Below are positions 19,096 through 27,870 of a stretch of 64,000 nt of DNA, in pieces (the stretch's first letter is position 1; each line of letters starts with the position of its first letter). Source of the DNA: a virus; the IMG/VR virus record IMGVR_UViG_3300019927_000044, positions 3,331-67,330 of that record; one strand, 5' to 3'. Below the pieces are notes generated by a model. The model worked only from the letters and a program-made list of their open reading frames with translations. It ran no database searches and had not been told where the DNA came from. A program made the position numbers and the translations under genes.

Positions 19096-19575
19096 TTACT
19101 CGTCTACTGTGTTCAGTTCAAGCGACTGGAAATAAAATCCGTTCTTGTTAGTCCCAGCATTCCATGAACTTTCATCAGTAATTACAGTAATTTCATCAGG
19201 GTCGAAATATAGCGTTTCAATATTATCGCTTGTACTTTCTTCATCAACAATTTCAAATTCTTCATCGAACGGTAGCACAATTTTATGACCTTCCATATCA
19301 ATGAATGAGACAATACGAGTAGCACCGTCTGGAACCAGCGCATCTTCGGCCAGTTGTTTAACCTTTGAAAGCGCCACTCGCAACGACTTGCATCCATTGT
19401 AGTGAATGCGAACATCACTATCATCATATCCATCACCAACGACAAACACATTACCAGAATGATGAACATAGCCAGCGGTGTTCTCTTCATCATCGAACTT
19501 CTTTGCTGCTTCAAGAGTGTCTTCGGCGGGCACTGTAAGGCTCCCAATTTCAACGTCGGTAGTATCGTTTGACAT
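19096..19575 (-). CDS. Hypothetical protein (159 aa)
   Basis: Start MSNDTT placed just downstream of the repeated promoter module. Confidence 0.65.
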   Translation of the reverse strand: MSNDTTDVEIGSLTVPAEDTLEAAKKFDDEENTAGYVHHSGNVFVVGDGYDDSDVRIHYNGCKSLRVALSKVKQLAEDALVPDGATRIVSFIDMEGHKIVLPFDEEFEIVDEESTSDNIETLYFDPDEITVITDESSWNAGTNKNGFYFQSLELNTVDE

Positions 19576-19661
19576 TGCGATTAGACAAAAGAGACTATTT
19601 GTATTAAACTTTTCTATATTATTCTCACGCATATTTACTGACGAAAAAAAAAACTACCTAC

Positions 19662-21005
19662 TTACACGTCGATTTCGTCACGGATGGCCTCGACAGACGG
19701 GTCCACATCGAACGCATCATCGTTCAGTTCAACCAGTCCAGCAAGGTCATACGTCTCGCCATCGACCTCGAAGGCGTCTTCGTCGTCCAGTGAGGCTTCT
19801 CGGCCAGCCATCTTTTCACTAACCATCTGTGCGAATCGCTCTTCCTGCTCGGTCGGGTGGTCGACGCCGCTGTCGTCGTCGCCATCGCCCATCTCGAAGC
19901 CGCCACCGTCGTTACCATCGGCACTGCCGCCCCACTCGTCAGGTTCGTCCTGCCAGCCCTCACCGCTGTACCACTGGTACAGTTCGTCAGCGGGCTGGTC
20001 GAAGAACTCGTCCAGTTCCTCGTCAGCATCATCGCTGTATCGAAGCCCAACCTCGTCGTAGCCGTCCAGTTCAATGTCGTCATACGAACTGTCACGGGCA
20101 TTCATCGCCTCGACAAAGGCCTCGTAGTCGTCCAGTGCGTACCCGATATTGGCTTCACGCATCGCACCGCCATTGAAGCGACTGATGGAGATGAACAGCC
20201 GCTCACCGTCGATATCAGGACGGACATGCGGTCGGCGGACAGTTCGTGGCGACCGACCAAGACCGCCCCTATCTTCGGACTTTGCCAGCTTGCTCTTATC
20301 CGTCGTCTCAACGTTGTCGTAGAAGTCAGCGTCAGCACTGCCACGCCAGCCCTTTGCTGGCTGGAACAGGCCCTTGATAAGATATGGCTGTTCACCATCA
20401 TCGGGCTTCGTGAACCGCGCCCACGGCAGGCCATTGAAGTCCATCGCACGACCAACGAACTGGCCAGCGATACCGCCATACCAGACCATTACGTTGTCGG
20501 TATCGAAGCTGTCGACAGTGACAGAATTGAACGTTCCGCCACCAACGTCGACACCCTTCTCATTTCCGTCACGGTCGAAGGACGGTTCGGTATCTTCGTC
20601 GTCTGGGTCGACAATCTTGTAGTCAGTCCCACCGACAGACTCGTCGCTCACGTCGTCAGGAATGTCACCGACGACGGCCTCAACGGCCTCAGTCGCCGCC
20701 TCAACCATTTCGTCGTCAACTTCCATGCCGCGCATGTAGTCAGGTTCTTCGACAGCCAGTTCAAGATAGTCGTTGAACTGACTGGTACTGACGAAGCCCT
20801 CGGGAATGCTGTCGTTCTTCCAGATTTCACCCTTCTCGACAACAGCGTCCGCAAACGTGACGCCGAAGTTACTGCCCGTCTGTTCGGCATCACTCACGTC
20901 AGGCGAGACGATATCATCGACCTCACCTTCAACGATGGTGTGCGGGTGCTGCGTGACTTGTGGGTACCAATCGAAATCGAATACGTCGTCGTTGGTTTCT
21001 ACCAT
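19662..21005 (-). CDS. Large, very acidic protein of unknown function
   Basis: 447-aa ORF with its own promoter and T10 terminator. Confidence 0.8.
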   Translation of the reverse strand: MVETNDDVFDFDWYPQVTQHPHTIVEGEVDDIVSPDVSDAEQTGSNFGVTFADAVVEKGEIWKNDSIPEGFVSTSQFNDYLELAVEEPDYMRGMEVDDEMVEAATEAVEAVVGDIPDDVSDESVGGTDYKIVDPDDEDTEPSFDRDGNEKGVDVGGGTFNSVTVDSFDTDNVMVWYGGIAGQFVGRAMDFNGLPWARFTKPDDGEQPYLIKGLFQPAKGWRGSADADFYDNVETTDKSKLAKSEDRGGLGRSPRTVRRPHVRPDIDGERLFISISRFNGGAMREANIGYALDDYEAFVEAMNARDSSYDDIELDGYDEVGLRYSDDADEELDEFFDQPADELYQWYSGEGWQDEPDEWGGSADGNDGGGFEMGDGDDDSGVDHPTEQEERFAQMVSEKMAGREASLDDEDAFEVDGETYDLAGLVELNDDAFDVDPSVEAIRDEIDV

Positions 21006-21128
21006 TGCATACTATTGTAGACGGTGGTTATACTTAAGTCTTCTGTTTTACGTCGTAAAGCGAAGAACTGCTAAGTCTTCTGTTTTGCACCGCAAAAAAA
21101 AAAGGATACCGATTGAATCTCTAATCGG

Positions 21129-21338
21129 TTACTCGTGTGGACCGAGCGGAAACTCATGCGGCTTGATATGCGCTATCAAGAACGTGAACAGACCGCAGAG
21201 GAGGCCAGAGAACAGCAGGCCGTAGACGCCACTTGAGGAGATTGTCCCCAGCCCGATTCCCATTGCGATGCCTGCACACACCAGCACTCCATCTGGGTGC
21301 TGTAGCGTCCAGTCGCCAAGTTGCTGGATGATGCTCAT
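21129..21338 (-). CDS. Small two-TM membrane protein
   Basis: MSIIQQ...two hydrophobic segments; preceded by 28-aa TM and 18-aa micro-ORFs. Confidence 0.6.
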   Translation of the reverse strand: MSIIQQLGDWTLQHPDGVLVCAGIAMGIGLGTISSSGVYGLLFSGLLCGLFTFLIAHIKPHEFPLGPHE

Positions 21339-21478
21339 GCGTACACCTCTTGATAGGCCGTGACAGTTGCGTAGGCCAGCCACGCAAGGCACATCGCAGT
21401 AAATACGACCCAGCCCCACATATTACATAGCCTCCCGAGTGGTCGGCACAGTAACGCTTGTTTCGATTGAAACAACCA

Positions 21479-21976
21479 TTACATAGCCTCCTGCATCTCG
21501 ACACCATCGTACAGTAGCTCACTGTCCAGCTTGACGACACACAGATACTCTGCGGCACTCTTTGGTATCCACAGTTCGCCGCTGTCAGCGCCGTCATACT
21601 CGTCATCTTCGTACATTTTTAGCATCGACTTGCGACCGTCACCGCTTTCAAGCCAGCCAGCCTGTACGATTTGCGTATTATTGAACAGCACTGCATCTTT
21701 TCCGAGTGAGGCCTGATGGTTCAGTTCACCAAACGCAATCTTGTTCAGCGAATTGTCACTGAAACCAAACTCGTTCTGGGCGTATTCAGACCACGTACCA
21801 CTAATTATCATACACTCAGTCGCGTCGTCGTCAAGTGCCGAGCCACGTGCATCAGCACGCTGCTGGGCGACTTTCAGCAGTCGCTCGAACTGTTCAGCAG
21901 GGATATCATGGCAATGTTCGTTGCTGTCCAGAATTTGCTGAAGATTGTCTTCGGTGAACGCTGTTGGGAGTTCCAT
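21479..21976 (-). CDS. Hypothetical protein (165 aa)
   Basis: Acidic ORF. Confidence 0.65.
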   Translation of the reverse strand: MELPTAFTEDNLQQILDSNEHCHDIPAEQFERLLKVAQQRADARGSALDDDATECMIISGTWSEYAQNEFGFSDNSLNKIAFGELNHQASLGKDAVLFNNTQIVQAGWLESGDGRKSMLKMYEDDEYDGADSGELWIPKSAAEYLCVVKLDSELLYDGVEMQEAM

Positions 21977-22014
21977 TACAGCCCTATATTCGGATTAGGG
22001 GGTAATAAAACTTC

Positions 22015-22120
22015 GCATTTGAAATGCTCGCCTCGGCTTACGCCGTGCGTAACCGTGCGAGATAGCGTGTGCTATCACGCAGGCTCATTCGATTTCACGA
22101 ACTGCGTTCGAGAAAAAGAA
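22015..22120. other. Dense hairpin cluster in an intergenic region
   Basis: GCATTT/AAATGC, TTACGC/GCGTAA, GATAGC/GCTATC, GCCT/AGGC, CGAAC/GTTCG. Confidence 0.55.
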
Positions 22121-22128
22121 ACTTTCGA

Positions 22129-22374
22129 CTACAGTTCGTCAATCTCGTCCATGACCTTGCGAATAAGTTCGGCGGCACCATCACTACGTTTGTGATACAC
22201 TCTCGTCACGTACTCACCGCTTTCAGTTACCTTCTCACCTTCCTGAACATCTTCACAGCGATATGCCTCATACTCACAGGTTTCTGGCATATCGCCCGCA
22301 TCTGGCCGAGACATGTTTATAATAGCTAACTGTGCAACACCGCGCCGATTAACATCAACTGTCACTCTAAGCAT
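22129..22374 (-). CDS. Hypothetical protein (81 aa)
   Basis: Coupled ORF. Confidence 0.6.
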   Translation of the reverse strand: MLRVTVDVNRRGVAQLAIINMSRPDAGDMPETCEYEAYRCEDVQEGEKVTESGEYVTRVYHKRSDGAAELIRKVMDEIDEL

Positions 22375-22711
22375 CAGTAATCAATGACGTAATCTGGTCT
22401 TCGATTTCATCACCGTTCACATGCCCGTCGCCGTACTGTAGCAGTGCATCAATCATCGCCTCGCAGGCTGCATTGGTATGACAATACAGCGTCACCATCG
22501 AATCGTTCCGTTCGTGAATGGCGTTGTAAATGCGCTCTGCATAATCGTCAGCAATGGCACCACATTCCTTACGGTTGTGGTCGCCATAATGGGCGTATTC
22601 TTGCAGCACACGGGCATACCACAGCGCACGCCAGTCGTCAAGTGTTACTGACGGCGCTGTGTCCCTATCCGCTGGGTCAGCAGGAACAGCGTTATGTTCT
22701 ATTATAGCCAT
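22367..22711 (-). CDS. Hypothetical protein (114 aa)
   Basis: Start MAIIEH lies about 25 nt after TTTATGTA. Confidence 0.6.
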   Translation of the reverse strand: MAIIEHNAVPADPADRDTAPSVTLDDWRALWYARVLQEYAHYGDHNRKECGAIADDYAERIYNAIHERNDSMVTLYCHTNAACEAMIDALLQYGDGHVNGDEIEDQITSLITDA

Positions 22712-22732
22712 ACTATTGTATAATAGACCCAC

Positions 22733-23569
22733 TTACATAAAGGTGTCGGATGCTTTTTCAGCAAACTCGTCTGGGTCACAGTCTTTCCACCGTCCTTCAC
22801 AACGACTGTGACAACTGCTACAAAGTGTAATTAAATTATCTAATGTATTAGAATCAGACACATTATCAAAATCACTTCGAGGTTTAATATGATGAACGTG
22901 GTTGGATTCGTCTTTAAATTCGCATACTTGACAGATATAGCTGTCACGGTCTAACCTTTCTTGACGTATTTCTTCCCAACCAGAACCATACGCTCTTTCA
23001 CCAGTACCAGCCAACTCTTTCATATCTAATCTATTAATTTTCAATCCAGCTTCTTTCAATGCCTCATTCCACGACCCAAAATTTCTTTGATAAGTTGTAC
23101 TATCCCAAGGGCCGTCATCATTCATATCCCCCTTTGTTGGCGTTCTGCCCAATTCTTCTGCAAATTGCTGTAAATCTTCTATTAATTGCCGTTTAGATTT
23201 TACACATTCTATCTTTTTATTAATATCTAATCCAGCCTCTTCTAATGCATTATTCCATGACCCAAAATGTCGATGATAAATATTTGCATATCTCTGTCCA
23301 AATTCTTCCATTTTTTCTTGTGTTGGGGGACCGTCCACTTTTTCTGCAAATTGTTGGAGGTCTTTTATTAATTGTTCTTTAGACACCCCCTTTTCTTGGT
23401 TAACATCTAATCCAGCCTCCTTCAATGCTCCATTCCACGACTCAAAATACTTCACATAAGTTGTCGGACTCCACGGACCTTCATCATTCATGTCGTTTTG
23501 CGTCGGCGTTTTACCCAACTCTTCCGCAAAAATCTTCAAGTCTTCTATTAATCGGTCATCGCTAACCAT
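22733..23569 (-). CDS. HNH endonuclease with three homing-endonuclease-associated repeats
   Basis: Three LIEDLxxFAEELGxTPT...FGSWNxALxEAGL repeats; RDSYICQVC...HVHHIKP...NLITLCSSCH. Confidence 0.9.
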   Translation of the reverse strand: MVSDDRLIEDLKIFAEELGKTPTQNDMNDEGPWSPTTYVKYFESWNGALKEAGLDVNQEKGVSKEQLIKDLQQFAEKVDGPPTQEKMEEFGQRYANIYHRHFGSWNNALEEAGLDINKKIECVKSKRQLIEDLQQFAEELGRTPTKGDMNDDGPWDSTTYQRNFGSWNEALKEAGLKINRLDMKELAGTGERAYGSGWEEIRQERLDRDSYICQVCEFKDESNHVHHIKPRSDFDNVSDSNTLDNLITLCSSCHSRCEGRWKDCDPDEFAEKASDTFM

Positions 23570-23622
23570 ACTATATACATAGTACCATACACGTTACATG
23601 TATATAAATCCAGCGAAGTAAG

Positions 23623-23904
23623 TTACGTATCTGCGAGAATCGTCACAAGTGGCTGTTCATACGTCCCATCACGGCCAGCAGCCCGCTCAATCTTGTCAGT
23701 CTCACCTTCAAATAGGTCACGTACGTCTTCATATCCGACTGAAACATCAGCATAACCGACCGATACAGACTCCAAGAAAATGCTGATACTTTCACACCCG
23801 TCTGGATGGCAGCGAATTTCTCCGTGGTGGACCAGTGACAGCGCCTCTGCGACAGTAATTTCAACCTCAAGTTCAAGGTTCTTCTGTTTGACAGTTGATT
23901 GCAT
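23623..23904 (-). CDS. Hypothetical protein (93 aa)
   Basis: Acidic ORF. Confidence 0.6.
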   Translation of the reverse strand: MQSTVKQKNLELEVEITVAEALSLVHHGEIRCHPDGCESISIFLESVSVGYADVSVGYEDVRDLFEGETDKIERAAGRDGTYEQPLVTILADT

Positions 23905-23937
23905 ACATACTACCGTACACGTTCCACGTATATAAAT

Positions 23938-24798
23938 CTATTGCCCTCCAAGAACGTTTTCAGTATCGAAGTTTTCTATAACTTCCATATAGCGCTCTCG
24001 CTCCCTTGAGCGGGCATGTTCCCTGTTGTGACAGATTTCTATATCTACTACATCAATAAATTCTATTTTTCCAGACTCTCTATATTCCTTCACATTATGT
24101 GATGGAATTCTATTCACTGGCGAGTTTGTCATACCAACGTAGTACCACACTTCATTAAGTGAATTTTTTAATTTTATTGTGTAAACATATTGTTGGTGGT
24201 TATATAAATTATTTTGCTGCATATATTTTTTAACTTTTTCTTCAACATCCTTTGGCGATGGGGTAGACCCTACATCTGTGGCCCATTTTAATCCATCTAA
24301 TAAACGAACGCGCCTTTTTGACTGCTCAAATTCTTTCATTTCAGAGTTATTAAATGGGTTTTTACTATTACCGTTTTTAGCATCATATTCTGCAAATGTT
24401 TCGTATATTCTTCCAAATTCTTTGTCCATAATATATGATATAAACCGCCGTCCTTCTTTTGAGCGCATTACATCCTTGTTATATGTATATTCATTATGTA
24501 TTCGAAGCTTTTTACTAACATAATTATAAAACCATTCAAACCCCCACTCTTTAGCCACACTTCTATCCATTTGTTCTATTTTAACGTATGGCCTAAATGC
24601 TATATACATATCATGTGCGAGAAACCTGCTATGCATCCTATCGACAGCTTCACTACACACTTGAAACTTAGAACTTACACTTCTACCGCCTTTGTTATAT
24701 TTAATTTTTGCTTTTGTACCCACTGGTTTCATGAAATCGCATTTAGAACTATCAAACAATCCTATACGCATCCATTCTCTCTGAGACATACGAAACAC
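23938..24798 (-). CDS. GIY-YIG endonuclease (C-terminal nuclease domain)
   Basis: YVYTIKL...YYVGMTNSPVNRIPSH...ERE; AT-rich, basic. Confidence 0.8.
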   Translation of the reverse strand: MFRMSQREWMRIGLFDSSKCDFMKPVGTKAKIKYNKGGRSVSSKFQVCSEAVDRMHSRFLAHDMYIAFRPYVKIEQMDRSVAKEWGFEWFYNYVSKKLRIHNEYTYNKDVMRSKEGRRFISYIMDKEFGRIYETFAEYDAKNGNSKNPFNNSEMKEFEQSKRRVRLLDGLKWATDVGSTPSPKDVEEKVKKYMQQNNLYNHQQYVYTIKLKNSLNEVWYYVGMTNSPVNRIPSHNVKEYRESGKIEFIDVVDIEICHNREHARSRERERYMEVIENFDTENVLGGQ

Positions 24799-24947
24799 TT
24801 TATGCTATAAGTATATAAATCCAGCGAAGTAGTAACAGCACAACAATACAACAGTAGTAACAGCACAGTCCAACTCCCGTAGTCACCGCCCCGCACAACC
24901 CTATTGTTGTATATGTACTACTATAGTAAAAGAGTGTCGGTCTGCCC

Positions 24948-25304
24948 CTACTCGCTACCGCGACAGTCGTCTGCGTCACATCGCTCTTCCCACGACCCTA
25001 TCATGTCAACAGTAAAGACTTTTTTATATGCATAGCGATAGTTGTTACAGTCTTCACATCGCTCTTGTACCGCTTCATGTAGAACCGCTGTCTTACCGTC
25101 TCCTTGCCCTTCTACTTTGAACGGCTTAGAATTGGCGTGTGCTGTAGCAAGCAATGGCTGTTTGCTGCCTCTATGTTCTATTTCCCAATGGTGTCCGTTA
25201 CAGCCCTCTGTGTTGTCGCTACTTTTCGACTTGTAATACGCTCGAACAATACCTGCTGTAGCAGTCACCGCAGCAACAACTGGTAGTGGGTCAATATTGA
25301 ACAT
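24948..25304 (-). CDS. Protein with N-terminal hydrophobic segment and Cys/His motifs
   Basis: LPVVAAVTATAGIV; CNGHHW, CEDC. Confidence 0.6.
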   Translation of the reverse strand: MFNIDPLPVVAAVTATAGIVRAYYKSKSSDNTEGCNGHHWEIEHRGSKQPLLATAHANSKPFKVEGQGDGKTAVLHEAVQERCEDCNNYRYAYKKVFTVDMIGSWEERCDADDCRGSE

Positions 25305-25402
25305 TGCAGATAGACCTCTATGGCCTACCTATAAAAAACTTCGTATTGAAAATACTCAGTCAATACGATGCCGATATATTCGCCATTGGAAAGTTGTCGA
25401 AG

Positions 25403-25906
25403 CTATTCTTCGGTCAGCGATTCACGCTCAGTTGTAACAACGACACCACTGTCACTGTCACGGGCAGCCCGCTGCACTGACGGACCACCATCCTTGTCAA
25501 TTTGGCCGCCAGCCGCTATTTCAGCGGTTTCTTGCTCGGTACTATTGTCACCACCATCAAACCATTCAGATTCTCTCAGCGCCGACTCAGCGTCTTTCAT
25601 GGCGTGCTGGGCAAGTAGGTACGACCCATCACCGTCTGGGACGACTGGGACCACTGTTGTGTCTGGTTCACAGTCACGCATTGTACTGTCACCCTCTCCG
25701 ATATCTGATGGTCGGTAGCCCCACTTTGCGAGGAACTGTAGGGCTGCGTTATCGACTGTCCAGCCACCATTCGGTAGGTCATGCGTGTGCATGTCACCGT
25801 CTGGCGCTCGAAGGTAGATGCGAAGTATTGGAACTGGTTGCTGTGGTACATTGCCAGTTTGTCTGAATTGCAGTGCGACAAGTCGTGCGAGTGGTTGGTT
25901 AATCAT
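25403..25906 (-). CDS. Hypothetical protein (167 aa)
   Basis: Acidic ORF. Confidence 0.65.
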   Translation of the reverse strand: MINQPLARLVALQFRQTGNVPQQPVPILRIYLRAPDGDMHTHDLPNGGWTVDNAALQFLAKWGYRPSDIGEGDSTMRDCEPDTTVVPVVPDGDGSYLLAQHAMKDAESALRESEWFDGGDNSTEQETAEIAAGGQIDKDGGPSVQRAARDSDSGVVVTTERESLTEE

Positions 25907-26184
25907 GCGCTCACAACCCCTTCATCGTCGCTGTACGTCCACTGACCGTCTTCTATCGCGTCAAGCGTGGTCCAGACCTTTTTGCTGTGGCGGTGGCTCA
26001 CAAACGTATTGTCGCGCTCATAGGCCAGTGCCGTGCGAATCTCTGCGATGAATGCAGTCGTGTCGATATGGCGCTTAATTTCCGATGCCTTCGGCGGGAT
26101 ACCGTTTTCCCGCAGTTCATCGCACAGATTGGTCAGAATGCCACTGTAAAGCAGTTCATCGCGGTCGTATTCGTACTGTTGCAT
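25903..26184 (-). CDS. Hypothetical protein (93 aa)
   Basis: Start MQQYEY lies after GAAAGGTTTATATAC. Confidence 0.6.
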   Translation of the reverse strand: MQQYEYDRDELLYSGILTNLCDELRENGIPPKASEIKRHIDTTAFIAEIRTALAYERDNTFVSHRHSKKVWTTLDAIEDGQWTYSDDEGVVSA

Positions 26185-26224
26185 ACACTGTTGCCTTTCG
26201 GGGCAGTGTATATAAACCTTTCTA

Positions 26225-26734
26225 TTATATCCCGTGGACAAACGTATGTTCGCTGTAAAGGTCAAACCACTTACCACGGTTATCTTCATCAACAACACAC
26301 GCGTCTACATCATCGTCTACTTTTCCGCCAACTGTACTGTCATACTCACTTTGTACGAGTGCGGCAGCAGTACGACCACATTGCGGACACGTCGTCGGAA
26401 CATCTGTATTTGAGAACGTCGGTTCATCGACGCTTAATGGGTCTGTAAGTGCTGCTCGTTTGACATACGTGAGATAGTGCCCGCTACCATAATCGTTCGG
26501 TTCGAATGTCAGTGTGACATATTCGCCACGCTCATATGAATGTACATCCCCGTCAATTTTAACAGCCCCACCACCCATATCTTCCGCACCACCGTCAGTA
26601 CGCCTGTCACGACCGATTACTGGGATGTTGACGTACAGTGAACTGTCTATTGATGAATTGGTAAGAACTTTCGCAAGTAGTGTTTCGGTATCGTTACTGT
26701 CGAAGTGGTCGGTATGCATCGCCATACATACCAA
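26225..26734 (-). CDS. Hypothetical protein with CPQCG
   Basis: Acidic ORF. Confidence 0.6.
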   Translation of the reverse strand: MVCMAMHTDHFDSNDTETLLAKVLTNSSIDSSLYVNIPVIGRDRRTDGGAEDMGGGAVKIDGDVHSYERGEYVTLTFEPNDYGSGHYLTYVKRAALTDPLSVDEPTFSNTDVPTTCPQCGRTAAALVQSEYDSTVGGKVDDDVDACVVDEDNRGKWFDLYSEHTFVHGI

Positions 26735-26769
26735 TTAACAGCTACCTATAAAAAGCTATCGGAACTGCC

Positions 26770-27297
26770 TTATTCGTTGCGCTGGTCGAGTAGACCGACG
26801 ACCGTGAACTCTTCCTCGTAGTCGTTGTGATTTGCGCCTGTATTTGCGATATAGCTCAGTTGTACATTCTCATCATCCTGCATACTCTTGATGGTCCCAG
26901 AACCGAACACATCACGGTGCTGATTACTCTTAACGTCCATTTCTCCGTCATTGAACATCGTATCATTACCTTCTGCGGTAACAGTGACACGATAGTTGTC
27001 TTCGATGTACGCAGCGAAATCGCTCTTTGTAGCCATCTCAATTTCCTCTTCCGCCTTTTCTTTCAGTGTGCTGAGATAGACATAGCCATCAGACTGCCAA
27101 CTCTCACCACTCATGTAGACGGCAGTATCATTGTCACCGTCGTCAGCAGCAGTGACAGAATTGACAACAGCGACACCATCAGTTACTTCACGACCGCGCC
27201 CATCTTCCTCTAACAGTTCATCAGCCATTTCAACAATCGTTTCTGCATCGACTTCGTGACCATCAACGTTAACGGCAAGGTCTTCAGTTTCGGACAT
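26770..27297 (-). CDS. Hypothetical protein (175 aa)
   Basis: Start MSETED lies after the repeated promoter module. Confidence 0.65.
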   Translation of the reverse strand: MSETEDLAVNVDGHEVDAETIVEMADELLEEDGRGREVTDGVAVVNSVTAADDGDNDTAVYMSGESWQSDGYVYLSTLKEKAEEEIEMATKSDFAAYIEDNYRVTVTAEGNDTMFNDGEMDVKSNQHRDVFGSGTIKSMQDDENVQLSYIANTGANHNDYEEEFTVVGLLDQRNE

Positions 27298-27478
27298 TGC
27301 ACTTAGGTAGAAGAGCCTATCTGTATTAAGTCTTTTCATATTACTACAAGTAATATTGACTGCTAAATAAAAAAAAAACTATGACAGTTCTTTTTCCATA
27401 CAGTCTCGATGCAGGTCTGTACCAGTCTCAACACGTTCACCGAGCGGTATTTTCTCACCACAGCGTCGACAGATATGC

Positions 27479-27862
27479 TCAGACATCTGTTACAGGCTCC
27501 CCTTCTTCTTGTGGTTCGTATTTGACAGACGTAACATTTCCGTATTCCATCAGCTTTTGCCAGCGGGCCAATTTAGACATGGAAGCTGGAAGTTCACCAC
27601 TGACGTAGCCTTGTAGCAGACTCTCTGCATGACGTTCGTCAACTTCTATCGTAGTTGTCTTTATTGCCATCCGCGTGTCAATTGCGTCAACTTCGTGGGA
27701 CATGACGACTTGCGACCTTGTGAATTCCATCACATCACACTGTTGCAGAGTATGGGTAATAAAACTATCGAAATACTGTATACCTCTCAGACGCGTCTGT
27801 AGCGGTTTGAAATGAACGCAACCAATGCCACTCACTTCGAAAAGAAACAGTCTGTACGCCAA
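27479..27862 (-). CDS. Hypothetical protein (start uncertain, possibly 27730)
   Basis: Acidic C-terminal part. Confidence 0.45.
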   Translation of the reverse strand: MAYRLFLFEVSGIGCVHFKPLQTRLRGIQYFDSFITHTLQQCDVMEFTRSQVVMSHEVDAIDTRMAIKTTTIEVDERHAESLLQGYVSGELPASMSKLARWQKLMEYGNVTSVKYEPQEEGEPVTDV

Positions 27863-27870
27863 CTGAGCGG

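Larger units (their letters stand above)
23600..24831. repeat. 21-bp direct repeat GTATATAAATCCAGCGAAGTA (23600-20, 24811-31), a duplicated promoter
   Basis: Exact match; its reverse-complement core CGCTGGATTTATATAC also precedes a + strand gene at 34631-46. Confidence 0.85.

Noticed and set aside
19857-21020. Long antisense ORFs (e.g. 19857-21020 +, 3444-4094 +, 16027-16677 +, 55098-55859 -)
   Set aside because: Shadow frames of acidic genes; no motifs or promoters.
21422-21491. 13-bp repeat GGAGGCTATGTAA (two ORFs ending EAM*) as a fifth 3'-end duplication
   Set aside because: It is short and equally explained as a reused SD plus coupled start signal; kept only as a weak possibility.
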